Part shown: positions 15,301-28,700 of the stretch, in pieces
How positions within the stretch are numbered: the first letter of the stretch is position 1
Layout of the letters: each line of letters begins with the position of its first letter
Assembly (NCBI RefSeq): GCF_009914755.1
Contig: NC_060946.1
Strand: one strand, 5' to 3'
Length of the DNA stretch: 64,000 nucleotides
Source of the DNA: the human T2T-CHM13v2.0 reference genome, Homo sapiens
Notes under the pieces: generated by a model
What the model was told of the DNA's origin: nothing
Seen by the model: only the letters and a program-made list of their open reading frames with translations
Databases searched by the model: none
Position numbers and translations under genes: made by a program

Positions 15301-18300
15301 ATTATATACTGTAAATAAAATACGAAATTACATCAAATATATTTTATATTAGGTACATAAAATATGAAAGTACATCAAATATATATTTTATTCTGTACAT
15401 AAAATATCAAAGTACACCACATATATGTTCTATAGTGTACATAAAATATCAAAGTACCCAAACTATACATTATATACTGTACATAAAATATGAAATTACA
15501 TCAAATATATTTTATATTAGGCACATAAAATATGAAAGTACATCAAATATAGATTATATACTGTACATTAAATACCAAAGTACCCCAAATATATATTTTA
15601 TACTGTACATGAAATATCAAATTACACAAACTATATATTATATACTGTACATAAAATATCAAAGTACCCTAGGTATATATTCTATACTGTACAAAAAATA
15701 ACAAAGTACCAAAAGCATGTATAATATACTGTACATAAAATATGAAAGTACATCAAATATATATTTTATTCAGTACATAAAATATCAAAGTACACCAGAT
15801 ATATATTCTATAGTGTACATAAAATATCAAAGTACCCAAACTATACATTATATAGTGTACATAAAATATGAAATTACATCAAATATATTTTATATTAGGT
15901 ACATAAAATATGAAAGTACATCAAATATAGATTATATACTGTACATTAAATACCAAAGTACCCCAAATATATATTTTATACTGTACATGAAATATCAAAA
16001 TACACTAACTATATATTATATACTGTACATAAAATATCAAAGTACCCAAGGTATATATTCTATACTGTACAAAAAATAACAAAGTACCAAAAGCATGTAT
16101 AATATACTGTACATAAAATATGAAAGTACATCAAATATATATTTTATTCAGTACATAAAATATCAAAGTACACCAGATATATATTCTATAGTGTACATAA
16201 AATATCAAAGTACACCAGATATATATTCTATAGTGTACATAAAATATCAAAGTACCCAAACTATACATTATATACTGTAAATAAAATATGAAATTACATC
16301 AAATATATTTTATATTAGGTACATAAAATATGAAAGTACATCAAATATAGATTATATACTGTACATTAAATACCAAAGTACCCCAAATATATATTTTATA
16401 CTGTACATGAAATATCAAATTTCCCAAACTATATATTATATACTGTACATATAATATCAAAGTACCCAAGGTATATATTCTATACTGTACAAAAAATAAC
16501 AAAGTACCAAAAGCATGTATTATATACTGTACCTAAAATATGAAAGTACATCAAATATATATTTTATTCTGTACATAAAATATCAAAGTACACCAGATAT
16601 ATATTCTATAGTGTACATAAAATATCAAAGTACCCAAACTATACATTATATACTGTAAATAAAATACGAAATTACATCAAATATATTTTATATTAGGTAC
16701 ATAAAATATGAAAGTACATCAAATATATATTTTATTCTGTACATAAAATATCAAAGTACACCAGATATATATTCTATAGTGTACATACAATATCAAAGTA
16801 CCCAAACTATACATTATATACTGTACATAAAATATGAAATTACATCAAATATATTTTATATTAGGCACATAAAATATGAAAGTACATCAAATATAGATTA
16901 TATACTGTACATTAAATACCAAAGTACCCCAAATATATATTTTATACTGTACATGAAATATCAAATTACACAAACTATATATTATATACTGTACATAAAA
17001 TATCAAAGTACCCTAGGTATATATTCTATACTGTACAAAAAATAACAAAGTACCAAAAGCATGTATAATATACTGTACATAAAATATGAAAGTACATCAA
17101 ATATATATTTTATTCTGTACATAAAATATCAAAGTACACCAGATATATATTCTATAGTGTACATAAAATATCAAAGTACCAAAACTATACATTATATATT
17201 GTAAATAAAATATGAAATTACATCAAATATATTTTATATTAGGTACATAAAATATGAAAGTACATCAAATATAGATTATATACTGTACATTAAATACCAA
17301 AGTACCCCAAATATATATTTTATACTGTACATGAAATATCAAATTTCCCAAACTATATATTATATACTGTACATATAATATCAAAGTACCCAAGGTATAT
17401 ATTCTATACTGTACAAAAAATAACAAAGTACCAAAAGCATGTATTATATACTGTACCTAAAATATGAAAGTACATCAAATATATATTTTATTCTGTACAT
17501 AAAATATCAAAGTACACCAGATATATATTCTATAGTGTACATAAAATATCAAAGTACCCAAACTATACATTATATACTGTAAATAAAATACGAAATTACA
17601 TCAAATATATTTTATATTAGGTACATAAAATATGAAAGTACATCAAATATATATTTTATTCTGTACATAAAATATCAAAGTACACCACATATATGTTCTA
17701 TAGTGTACATAAAATATCAAAGTACCCAAACTATACATTATATACTGTACATAAAATATGAAATTACATCAAATATATTTTATATTAGGCACATAAAATG
17801 TGAAAGTACATCAAATATAGATTATATACTGTACATTAAATACCAAAGTACCCCAAATATATATTTTATACTGTACATGAAATATCAAATTACACAAACT
17901 ATATATTATATACTGTACATAAAATATCAAAGTACCCTAGGTATATATTCTATACTGTACAAAAAATAACAAAGTACCAAAAGCATGTATAATATACTGT
18001 ACATAAAATATGAAAGTACATCAAATATATATTTTATTCTGTACATAAAATATCAAAGTACACCAGATATATATTCTATAGTGTACATAAAATATCAAAG
18101 TACCCAAACTATACATTATATACTGTAAATAAAATATGAAATTACATCAAACATATTTTATATTAGGTACATAAAATATGAAAGTACATCAAATATAGAT
18201 TATATACTGTACATTAAATACCAAAGTACCCCAAATATATATTTTATACTGTACATGAAATATCAAATTTCCCAAACTATATATTATATACTGTACATAT

Positions 18301-21024
18301 AATATCAAAGTACCCAAGGCATATATTCTATACTGTACAAAAAATAAGAAAGTACCAAAAGCATGTATTATATACTGTACCTAAAATATGAAAGTACATC
18401 AAATATATATTTTATTCTGTGCATAAAATATCAAAATTCACCAGATATATATTCTATAGTGTACATAAAATATCAAAGTACCCAAACTATACATTATATA
18501 CTGTAAGTAAAATATGAAATTACATCAAATATATTTTATATTAGGTACATAAAATATGAAAGTACATCAAATATAGATTATATACTGTACATTAAATACC
18601 AAATTACCCCAAATATATATTTTATACTGTACATGAAATATCAAATTTCCCAAACTATATATTATATACTGTACATATAATATCAAAGTACCCAAGGTAT
18701 ATATTCTATACTGTACAAAAAATAACAAAGTACCAAAAGCATGTATTATATACTGTACCTAAAATATGAAAGTACATCAAATATATATTTTATTCTGTAC
18801 ATAAAATATCAAAGTACACCAGATATATATTCTATAGTGTACATAAAATATCAAAGTACCCAAACTATACATTATATACTGTACATAAAATATGAAATTA
18901 CATCAAATATATTTTATATTAGGTACATAAAATATGAAAGTACATCAAATATAGATTATATACTGTACATTAAATACCAAAGTACCCCAAATATATATTT
19001 TATACTGTACATGAAATATCAAATTTCACAAACTATATATTATATACTGTACATATAATATCAAAGTACCCAAGGTATATATTCTATACTGTACAAAAAA
19101 TAACAAAGTACCAAAAGCATGTATTATATACTGTACATAAAATATGAAAGTACATCAAATATATATTTTATTCTGTACATAAAATATCAAAGTACACCAG
19201 ATATATATTCTATAGTGTACATAAAATATCAAAGTACCCAAACTATACATTATATACTGTAAATAAAATATGAAATTACATCAAATGTATTTTATATTAG
19301 GTACATAAAATATGAAAGTACATCAAATATATATTTTATTCTGTACATAAAATATCAAAGTACACCAGATATATATTCTATAGTGTACATAAAATATCAA
19401 AGTACCCAAACTATAAATTATATACTGTACATAAAATATGAAATTACATCAAATATATTTTATATTAGGTACATAAAATATGAAAGTACATCAAATATAG
19501 ATTATATACTGTACATTAAATACCAAAGTACCCCAAATATATATTTTATACTGTACAAGAAATATGAAAATACACAAACTATATATTATATACTGTACAT
19601 AAAATATCAAAGTACCCAAGGTATATATTCTATACTGTACAAAAAATAACAAAGTACCAAAAGCATGTATAATATACTGTACATAAAATATGAAAGTACA
19701 TCAAATATATATTTTATTCTGTACATAAAATATCAAAGTACACCAGATATATATTCTATAGTGTACATAAAATATCAAAGTACCCAAACTATACATTATA
19801 TACTGTACATAAAATATGAAATTACATCAAATATATTTTATATTAGGTACATAAAATATGAAAGTACATCAAATATAGATTATATACTGTACATTAAATA
19901 CCAAAGTACCCCAGATATATATTTTATACTGTACATGAAATATCAAAATACACTAACTATATATTATATACTGTACATAAAATATCAAAGTACCCAAGGT
20001 ATATATTCTATACTGTACAAAAAATAACAAAGTACCAAAAGCATGTATAATATACTGTACCTAAAATATGAAAGTACATCAAATATATATTTTATTCTGT
20101 ACATAAAATATCAAAGTACACCAGATATATATTCTATAGTGTACATAAAATATCAAAGTACCCAAACTATACATTATATACTGTACATAAAATATGAAAT
20201 TACATCAAATATGTTTTATATTAGGTACCTAAAATATGAAAGTACATCAAATATAGATTATATACTGTACATTAAATACCAAAGTACCCCAAATATATAT
20301 TTTATACTGTACATGAAATATCAAATTTCCCAAACTATATATTATATACTGTACATATAATATCAAAGTACCCACAGTATATATTCTATACTGTACAAAA
20401 AATAACAAAGTACCAAAAGCATGTATTATATACTGTACCTAAAATATGAAAGTACATCAAATATATATTTTATTCTGTACATAAAATATCAAAGTACACC
20501 AGATATATATTCTATAGTGTACATAAAATATCAAAGTACCCAAACTATACATTATATACTGTAAATAAAATATGAAATTACATCAAATATATTTTATATT
20601 AGGTACATAAAATATGAAAGTACATCAAATATATATTTTATTCTGTACATAAAATATCAAAGTACACCAGATATATATTCTATAGTGTACATAAAATATC
20701 AAAGTACCCAAACTATACATTATATACTGTACATAAAATATGAAATTACATCAAATATATTTTATATTAGGTACATAAAATATGAAAGTACATCAAATAT
20801 AGATTATATACTGTACATTAAATACCAAAGTACCCCAAATATATAATTTATACTGTACATGAAATATCAAAATACACAAACTATATATTATATACTGTAC
20901 ATAAAATATCAAAGTACCCAAGGTATATATTCTATACTGTACAAAAAATATCAAAGTACCCAAAGTAAGTATTATATACCGTACATAAAATATGAAAGTA
21001 CATCAAATATATATTTTATTCTCT
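6030..21024 (+). repeat. Homogenised HSat1A sub-domain with no net indel and fixed diagnostic variants
   Basis: All ORFs from 6111 to 20859 lie in one frame. 20043-6603 = 320x42 and 20859-6495 = 342x42 exactly. Near-fixed variants are AAAAAATAACAAAGTACCAAAAGC (S), ATATTTTATATTAGG (R) and TACATTAAATACCAAAG (P). Confidence 0.9.
6600..15716 (+). repeat. 4746-bp (113-monomer) tandem duplication; second copy one HOR shorter, followed by a partial third copy
   Basis: ORF pairs 6603/11349, 6981/11727, 7665/12411, 8325/13071, 8967/13713, 9627/14373, 10005/14751 and 10689/15435 are all offset by 4746. The next copy is offset by 4368 (11349/15717, 11727/16095, 12411/16779). Confidence 0.9.
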
Positions 21025-21082
21025 ACATAAAATATGAAAGTACACAAGATATATATTTTATATATAATATAAATACATAAGT
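21025..21082 (+). repeat. Aberrant 58-bp monomer (+16 bp), copy 1
   Basis: ACATAAAATATGAAAGTACACAAGATATATATTTTATATATAATATAAATACATAAGT replaces the 42-bp D monomer. Confidence 0.9.
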
Positions 21083-22739
21083 ACATAAAATATCAAAGTA
21101 CACAAACTATATATTATGTACTGTACATAAAATATGAAATTTCATCAAATATATATTAGGTACATAAAATATGAAAGTACATCAAATATAGATTGTATAC
21201 TGTACATAAAATATCAAAGTACACCAAATATATATTATATACTGAACATGAAATATCAAAGTTCACAAACTATATATTATATACTGTACATAAAATATCA
21301 AAGTACCCAAGGTATATATTCTATACTGTTCAAAAAATATCAAAGTACCCAAAGCATGTATTATATATTGTACATAAAATATGAAAGTACATCAAATATA
21401 TATTTTATTCTGTACATAAAATACCAAAGTACACCAGATATATATTATATGGTGTACATAAAATATCAATGTACCCAAACTATACATTATATACTGTACA
21501 TAAAATATCAAATTACATCAAATATATATTATATTAGGTACATAAAATATGAAAGTACATCAAATATATATTTTATTCTGTACATAAAATATCAAAGTAC
21601 ACCAGATATATATTCTATAGTGTACATAAAATATCAAAGTAGCCAAACTATACATTATATACTGTACATAAAATATGAAATTACATCAAATATATATTAT
21701 ATTAGGTACATAAAATATGAAAGTACATGAAATATAGATTATATACTGTACATAAAATATCAAAGTACCCCAAATATATATTACATACTCTACATGAAAT
21801 ATCAAATTTCACAAGCTATATATTATATAGTGTACATAAATTATCAAAGTACCCAAGGTATACATTCTATGCTGTACAAAAAATATCAAAGTACCCAAAG
21901 CATGTATTATATACTGTACATAAAATATGAAAGTATATCAAATATATATTTAATTCTGTACATAAAATATCAAAGTACACCAGATATGTATTCTATAGTG
22001 TACATAAAATAACAAAGTACAAAAACTATAAAATATATACTGTACATAAAATATGAAATTACATCAAATATATATTAAGTACATAAAATATGAAAGTACA
22101 TCAAATATAGATTATATACTGTACATATAATATCAATGTACCCCAAATATATATTTTGTACTCTACATGAAATATCAAAGTTCACAAACCATATATTATA
22201 TAGTGTACATAAAATATCAAAGTACCCAAGGTATATATTCTATACTGTACAAAAAATATCAAAGTACCCAAAGCCTGTATTATATACTGTACATAAAATA
22301 TGAAAGTACATCAAATATATATTTTATTCTGTACATAAAATATCAAAGTACACCAGATATATATTCTATAGTGTACATAAAATATCAAAGTACCCAAACT
22401 ATACATTATATACTGTACATAAAATATGAAATTACATCAAATATATATTATATTAGGTACATAAAATATGAAAGTACATCAAATATAGATTATATACTGT
22501 ACATAAAATATCAAAGTACCCCAAATATATATTATATAGTGTACATGAAATATCAAACTTCACAAACTATATATTATATACTGTACATAAAATAGCAAAG
22601 TACCGAAGGTATATATTCTATCCTGTACAAAAAATATCAAGGTACCCAAAGCATGTATTATATACTGTATATAAAATATGAAAGTACATCAAATATATAT
22701 TTTATTCTGTACATAAAATATCAAAGTACACCAGATATA

Positions 22740-25700
22740 TATTCTATAGTGTACATAAAATAACAAAGTACAAAAACTATAAATTATATTCTGTACATAA
22801 AATATGAAATTACATCAAATATATATTGGTACATAAAATATGAAAGTACATCCAATATAGATTATATACTGTACAGAAAATATCAATGTACCACAAATAT
22901 ATATTTTATACTCTACATGAAATATCAAAGTTCACAAACCATATATTATATACTGTACATAAAATATCAAAGTACCCAAGGTATATATTCTATACTGTAC
23001 AAAAAATATCAAAGTACCCAAAGCATGTATTATATACTGTACATAAAATATGAAAGTACATCAAATATATATTTTATTCTGTACATAAAATATCAAAGTA
23101 CACCAGATATATATTCTATAGTGTACATAAAATATCAAAGTACCCAAACTATACATTATATACTGTACATAAAATATGAAATTACATCAAATATATATTA
23201 TATTAGGTACATAAAATATGAAAGTACATCAAATATAGATTATATACTGTACATAAAATATCAAAGTACCCCAAATATATATTATATACTGTATATGAAA
23301 TATCAAAGTTCACAAACTATATATTATATACTGTACATAAAATATTAAAGTACCCAAGGTATATATTCTATACTGCACAAAAAAATCAAAGTACCCAAAG
23401 CATGTATTATATACTGTATATAAAATATGAAAGTACATCAAATATATATTTTATTCTGTACATTATATATCAAAGTACACCAGATATATATTCTATAGTG
23501 TACATAAAATAACAAAGTACACAAACTATAAATTATATACTGTACATAAAATATGAAATTACATCAAATATATATTAGGTACATAAAATATGAAAGTACA
23601 TCAAATATAGATTATATACTGTACATAAAATATCAATGTACCCCAAATATATATTTTATACTCTACATGAAATATCAAAGTTCACAAACCATATATTGTA
23701 TACTGTACATAAAATATCAAAGTACCAAAGGTATGTATTCTATACTGTACAAAAAATATCAAAGTACCCAAAGCATGTATTATATACTGTACATAAAATA
23801 TGAAAGTACATCAAAAATATATATTTAATTCTGTACATAAAATATCAAAGTACACCAGATATATATTCTATAGTGTACATAAAATATCAAAGTACCCAAA
23901 CTATTTATTATATACTGTACATAAAATATGAAATTACATCAAATATGTATTATATTAGGAACATAAAATACGAAAGTACATCAAATATAGATTATATACT
24001 GTACATAAAATATCAAAGTACCCCAAATATATATTATATACTCTACATGAAATATCAAAGTTCACAAACTATATATTATATACTGTACATAAAATATCAA
24101 AGTACCCAAGGTATATATTCTATACTGTACAAAAAATATCAAAGTACCCAAAGCATGTATTATATACTGTACATAAAATATGAAAGTACATCAAATATAT
24201 ATTTTATTCTGTACATAAAATATCAAGGTACACCAGATATATATTCTATAGTGTACATAAAATATCAAAGTACCCAAAGTATAAATTATATACTGTACAT
24301 AAAATATGAAATTACATCAAATATATATTATATTAGGTACATAAAATATGAAAGTACATCAAATATAGATTATATACTGTACATTAAATACCAAAGTACC
24401 CCAAATATATATTTTATACTGTACATGAAATATCAAAGTTCACAAACTCTATGTTATATACTGTACATAAAATATCAAAGTACCCGAGGTATATATTCTA
24501 TACTGTACAAAAAATATCAAAGTACCCAAAGCATGTATTATATACTGTACAAAAAATATGAAAGTACATCAAATATATATTTTATTCTGTACATAAAATA
24601 TCAAAGTACACCAGATATATATTCTATAGTGTACATAAAATATAAAAGTACCCAAACTATACATTATATACTGTACATAAAATATGAAATTACATCAAAT
24701 ATATTTTATATTAGGTACATAAAATATGAAAGTACATCAAATATAGATTATATACTGTACATTAAATACCAAAGTACCCCAAATATATATTTTATACTGT
24801 ACATGAAATATCAAAGTTCACAAACTACATATTATATACTGTACATATAATATCAAAGTACCCGAGGTATATATTCTATACTGTACAAAAAATAACAAAG
24901 TACCAAAAGCATGTAATATATACTGTACCTAAAATATGAAAGTACATCAAATATATATTTTATTCTTTACATAAAATATCAAAGTACACCAGATATGTAT
25001 TCTATAGTGTACATAAAATATCAAAGTACCCAAACTATACATTATATACTGTACATAAAATATGAAATTACATCAAATATATATTAGGTACATAAAATAT
25101 GAAAGTACATCAAATATAGATTATATACTGTACATAAAATATCAAAGTACCCCAAATATATATTATATACTGTACATGAAATATCAGAGTTCACAAACTA
25201 TATATTATATACTGTACATAAAATATCAAAGTACCCAAGGTATATATTCTATACTGTACAAAAAATATCAAAGTACCCAAAGCATGTATTATATACTGTA
25301 CATAAAATATGAAAGTATATCAAATATATATTTTATTCTGTACATAAAATATCAAAGTACACCAGATATGTATTCTATAGTGTACATAAAATAACAAAGT
25401 ACAAAAACTATAAAATATATACTGTACATAAAATATGAAATTACATCAAATATATATTAAGTACATAAAATATGAAAGTACATCAAATATAGATTATATA
25501 CTGTACATATAATATCAATGTACCCCAAATATATATTTTGTACTCTACATGAAATATCAAAGTTCACAAACCATATATTATATACTGTACATAAAATATC
25601 AAAGTACCCAAGTTATAAATTCTATACTATATAAAAAATATCAAAGTACCCAAAACATGTATTATATACTGTACATAAAATATGAAAGTACATCAAATAT

Positions 25701-28700
25701 ATATTTTATCCTTACATAAAATATCAAAGTACACCAGATATATATTCTATAGTGTACATAAAATATCAAAGTACCCAAACTATACATTATATACTGTACA
25801 TAAAATATGAGATTACATCAAATATATATTATATTAGGTACATAAAATATGAAAGTACATCAAATATAGATTATATACTGTACATAAAATATCAAAGTAC
25901 CCCAAATATATATTATATAGTGTACATGAAATATCAAACTTCACAAACTATATATTATATACTGTACATAAAATATCAAAGTACCCAAGGTATATATTCT
26001 ATCCTGTACAAAAAATATCAAAGTACCCAAAGCATGTATTATATACTGTACATAAAATATGAAAATACATCAAATATATATTTTATTCTGTACATAAAAT
26101 ATCAAAGTACACCAGATATATATTCTATAGTGTACATAAAATTACAAAGTACACAAACTATACATTATATACTGTACATAAAATATGAAATTACATCAAA
26201 TATATATTAGGTACATAAAATATGAAAGTACATCAAATATAGATTATATACTGTACATAAAATATCAAAGTACCCCAAATATATATTTTGTACTCTACAT
26301 GAAATATCAAAGTTCACAAACCATATATTATATAGTGTACATAAAATATCAAAGTACCCAAGGTATATATTCTATACTGTACAAAAAATATCAAATTACC
26401 CAAAGCATGTATTATATACTGTACATAAAATATGAAAGTACATCAAATATATATTTTATTCTGTACATAAAATATCAAAGTACACCAGATATATATTCTA
26501 TAGTGTACATAAAATATCAAAGTACCCAAACTATACATTATATACTGTACATAAAATATGAAATTACATCAAATATATATTATATTAGGTACATAAAATA
26601 TGAAAGTACATCAAATATAGATTATATACTGTACATAAAATATCAAAGTACCCCAAATATATATTATATACTGTATATGAAATATCAAAGTTCACAAACT
26701 ATATATTATATACTGTACATAAAATATTAAAGTACCCAAGGTATATATTCTATACTGCACAAAAAAATCAAAGTACCCAAAGCATGTATTATATACTGTA
26801 TATAAAATATGAAAGTACATCAAATATATATTTTATTCTGTACATTATATATCAAAGTACACCAGATATATATTCTATAGTGTACATAAAATAACAAAGT
26901 ACACAAACTATAAATTATATACTGTACATAAAATATGAAATTACATCAAATATATATTAGGTACATAAAATATGAAAGTACATCAAATATAGATTATATA
27001 CTGTACATAAAATATCAATGTACCCCAAATATATATTTTATACTCTACATGAAATATCAAAGTTCACAAACCATATATTGTATACTGTACATAAAATATC
27101 AAAGTACCAAAGGTATGTATTCTATACTGTACAAAAAATATCAAAGTACCCAAAGCATGTATTATATACTGTACATAAAATATGAAAGTACATCAAAAAT
27201 ATATATTTAATTCTGTACATAAAATATCAAAGTACACCAGATATATATTCTATAGTGTACATAAAATATCAAAGTACCCAAACTATTTATTATATACTGT
27301 ACATAAAATATGAAATTACATCAAATATGTATTATATTAGGAACATAAAATACGAAAGAACATCAAATATAGATTATATACTGTACATAAAATATCAAAG
27401 TACCCCAAATATATATTATATACTCTACATGAAATATCAAAGTTCACAAACTATATATTATATACTGTACATAAAATATCAAAGTACCCAAGGTATATAT
27501 TCTATACTGTACAAAAAATATCAAAGTACCCAAAGCATGTATTATATACTGTACATAAAATATGAAAGTACATCAAATATATATTTTATTCTGTACATAA
27601 AATATCAAGGTACACCAGATATATATTCTATAGTGTACATAAAATATCAAAGTACCCAAAGTATAAATTATATACTGTACATAAAATATGAAATTACATC
27701 AAATATATATTATTTTAGGTACATAAAATATGAAAGTACATCAAATATAGATTATATACTGTACATTAAATACCAAAGTACCCCAAATATATATTTTATA
27801 CTGTACATGAAATATCAAAGTTCACAAACTATATGTTATATACTGTACATAAAATATCAAAGTACCCGAGGTATATATTCTATACTGTACAAAAAATATC
27901 AAAGTACCCAAAGCATGTATTATATACTGTACATAAAATATGAAAGTACATCAAATATATATTTTATTCTGTACATAAAATATCAAAGTACACCAGATAT
28001 ATATTCTATAGTGTACATAAAATATAAAAGTACCCAAACTATACATTATATACTGTACATAAAATATGAAATTACATCAAATATATTTTATATTAGGTAC
28101 ATAAAATATGAAAGTACATCAAATATAGATTATATACTGTACATTAAATACCAAAGTACCCCAAATATATATTTTATACTGTACATGAAATATCAAAGTT
28201 CACAAACTACATATTATATACTGTACATATAATATCAAAGTACCCGAGGTATATATTCTATAGTGTACAAAAAATAACAAATTACCAAAAGCATGTAATA
28301 TATACTGTACCTAAAATATGAAAGTACATCAAATATATATTTTATTCTTTACATAAAATATCAAAGTACACCAGATATATATTCTATAGTGTACATAAAA
28401 TATCAAAGTACCCAAACTATACATTATATACTGTACATAAAATATGAAATTACATCAAATATATATTAGGTACATAAAATATGAAAGTACATCAAATATA
28501 GATTATATACTGTACATAAAATATCAAAGTACCCCAAATATATATTATATACTGTACATGAAATATCAGAGTTCACAAACTATATATTATATACTGTACA
28601 TAAAATATCAAAGTACCCAAGGTATATATTCTATACTGTACAAAAAATATCAAAGTACCCAAAGCATGTATTATATACTGTACATAAAATATGAAAGTAC

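Noticed and set aside
21061-21082. The 16-bp insertion as a mobile-element remnant
   Set aside because: It is too short, has no poly(A) tail, terminal repeats or clear target-site duplication, and resembles local satellite sequence.
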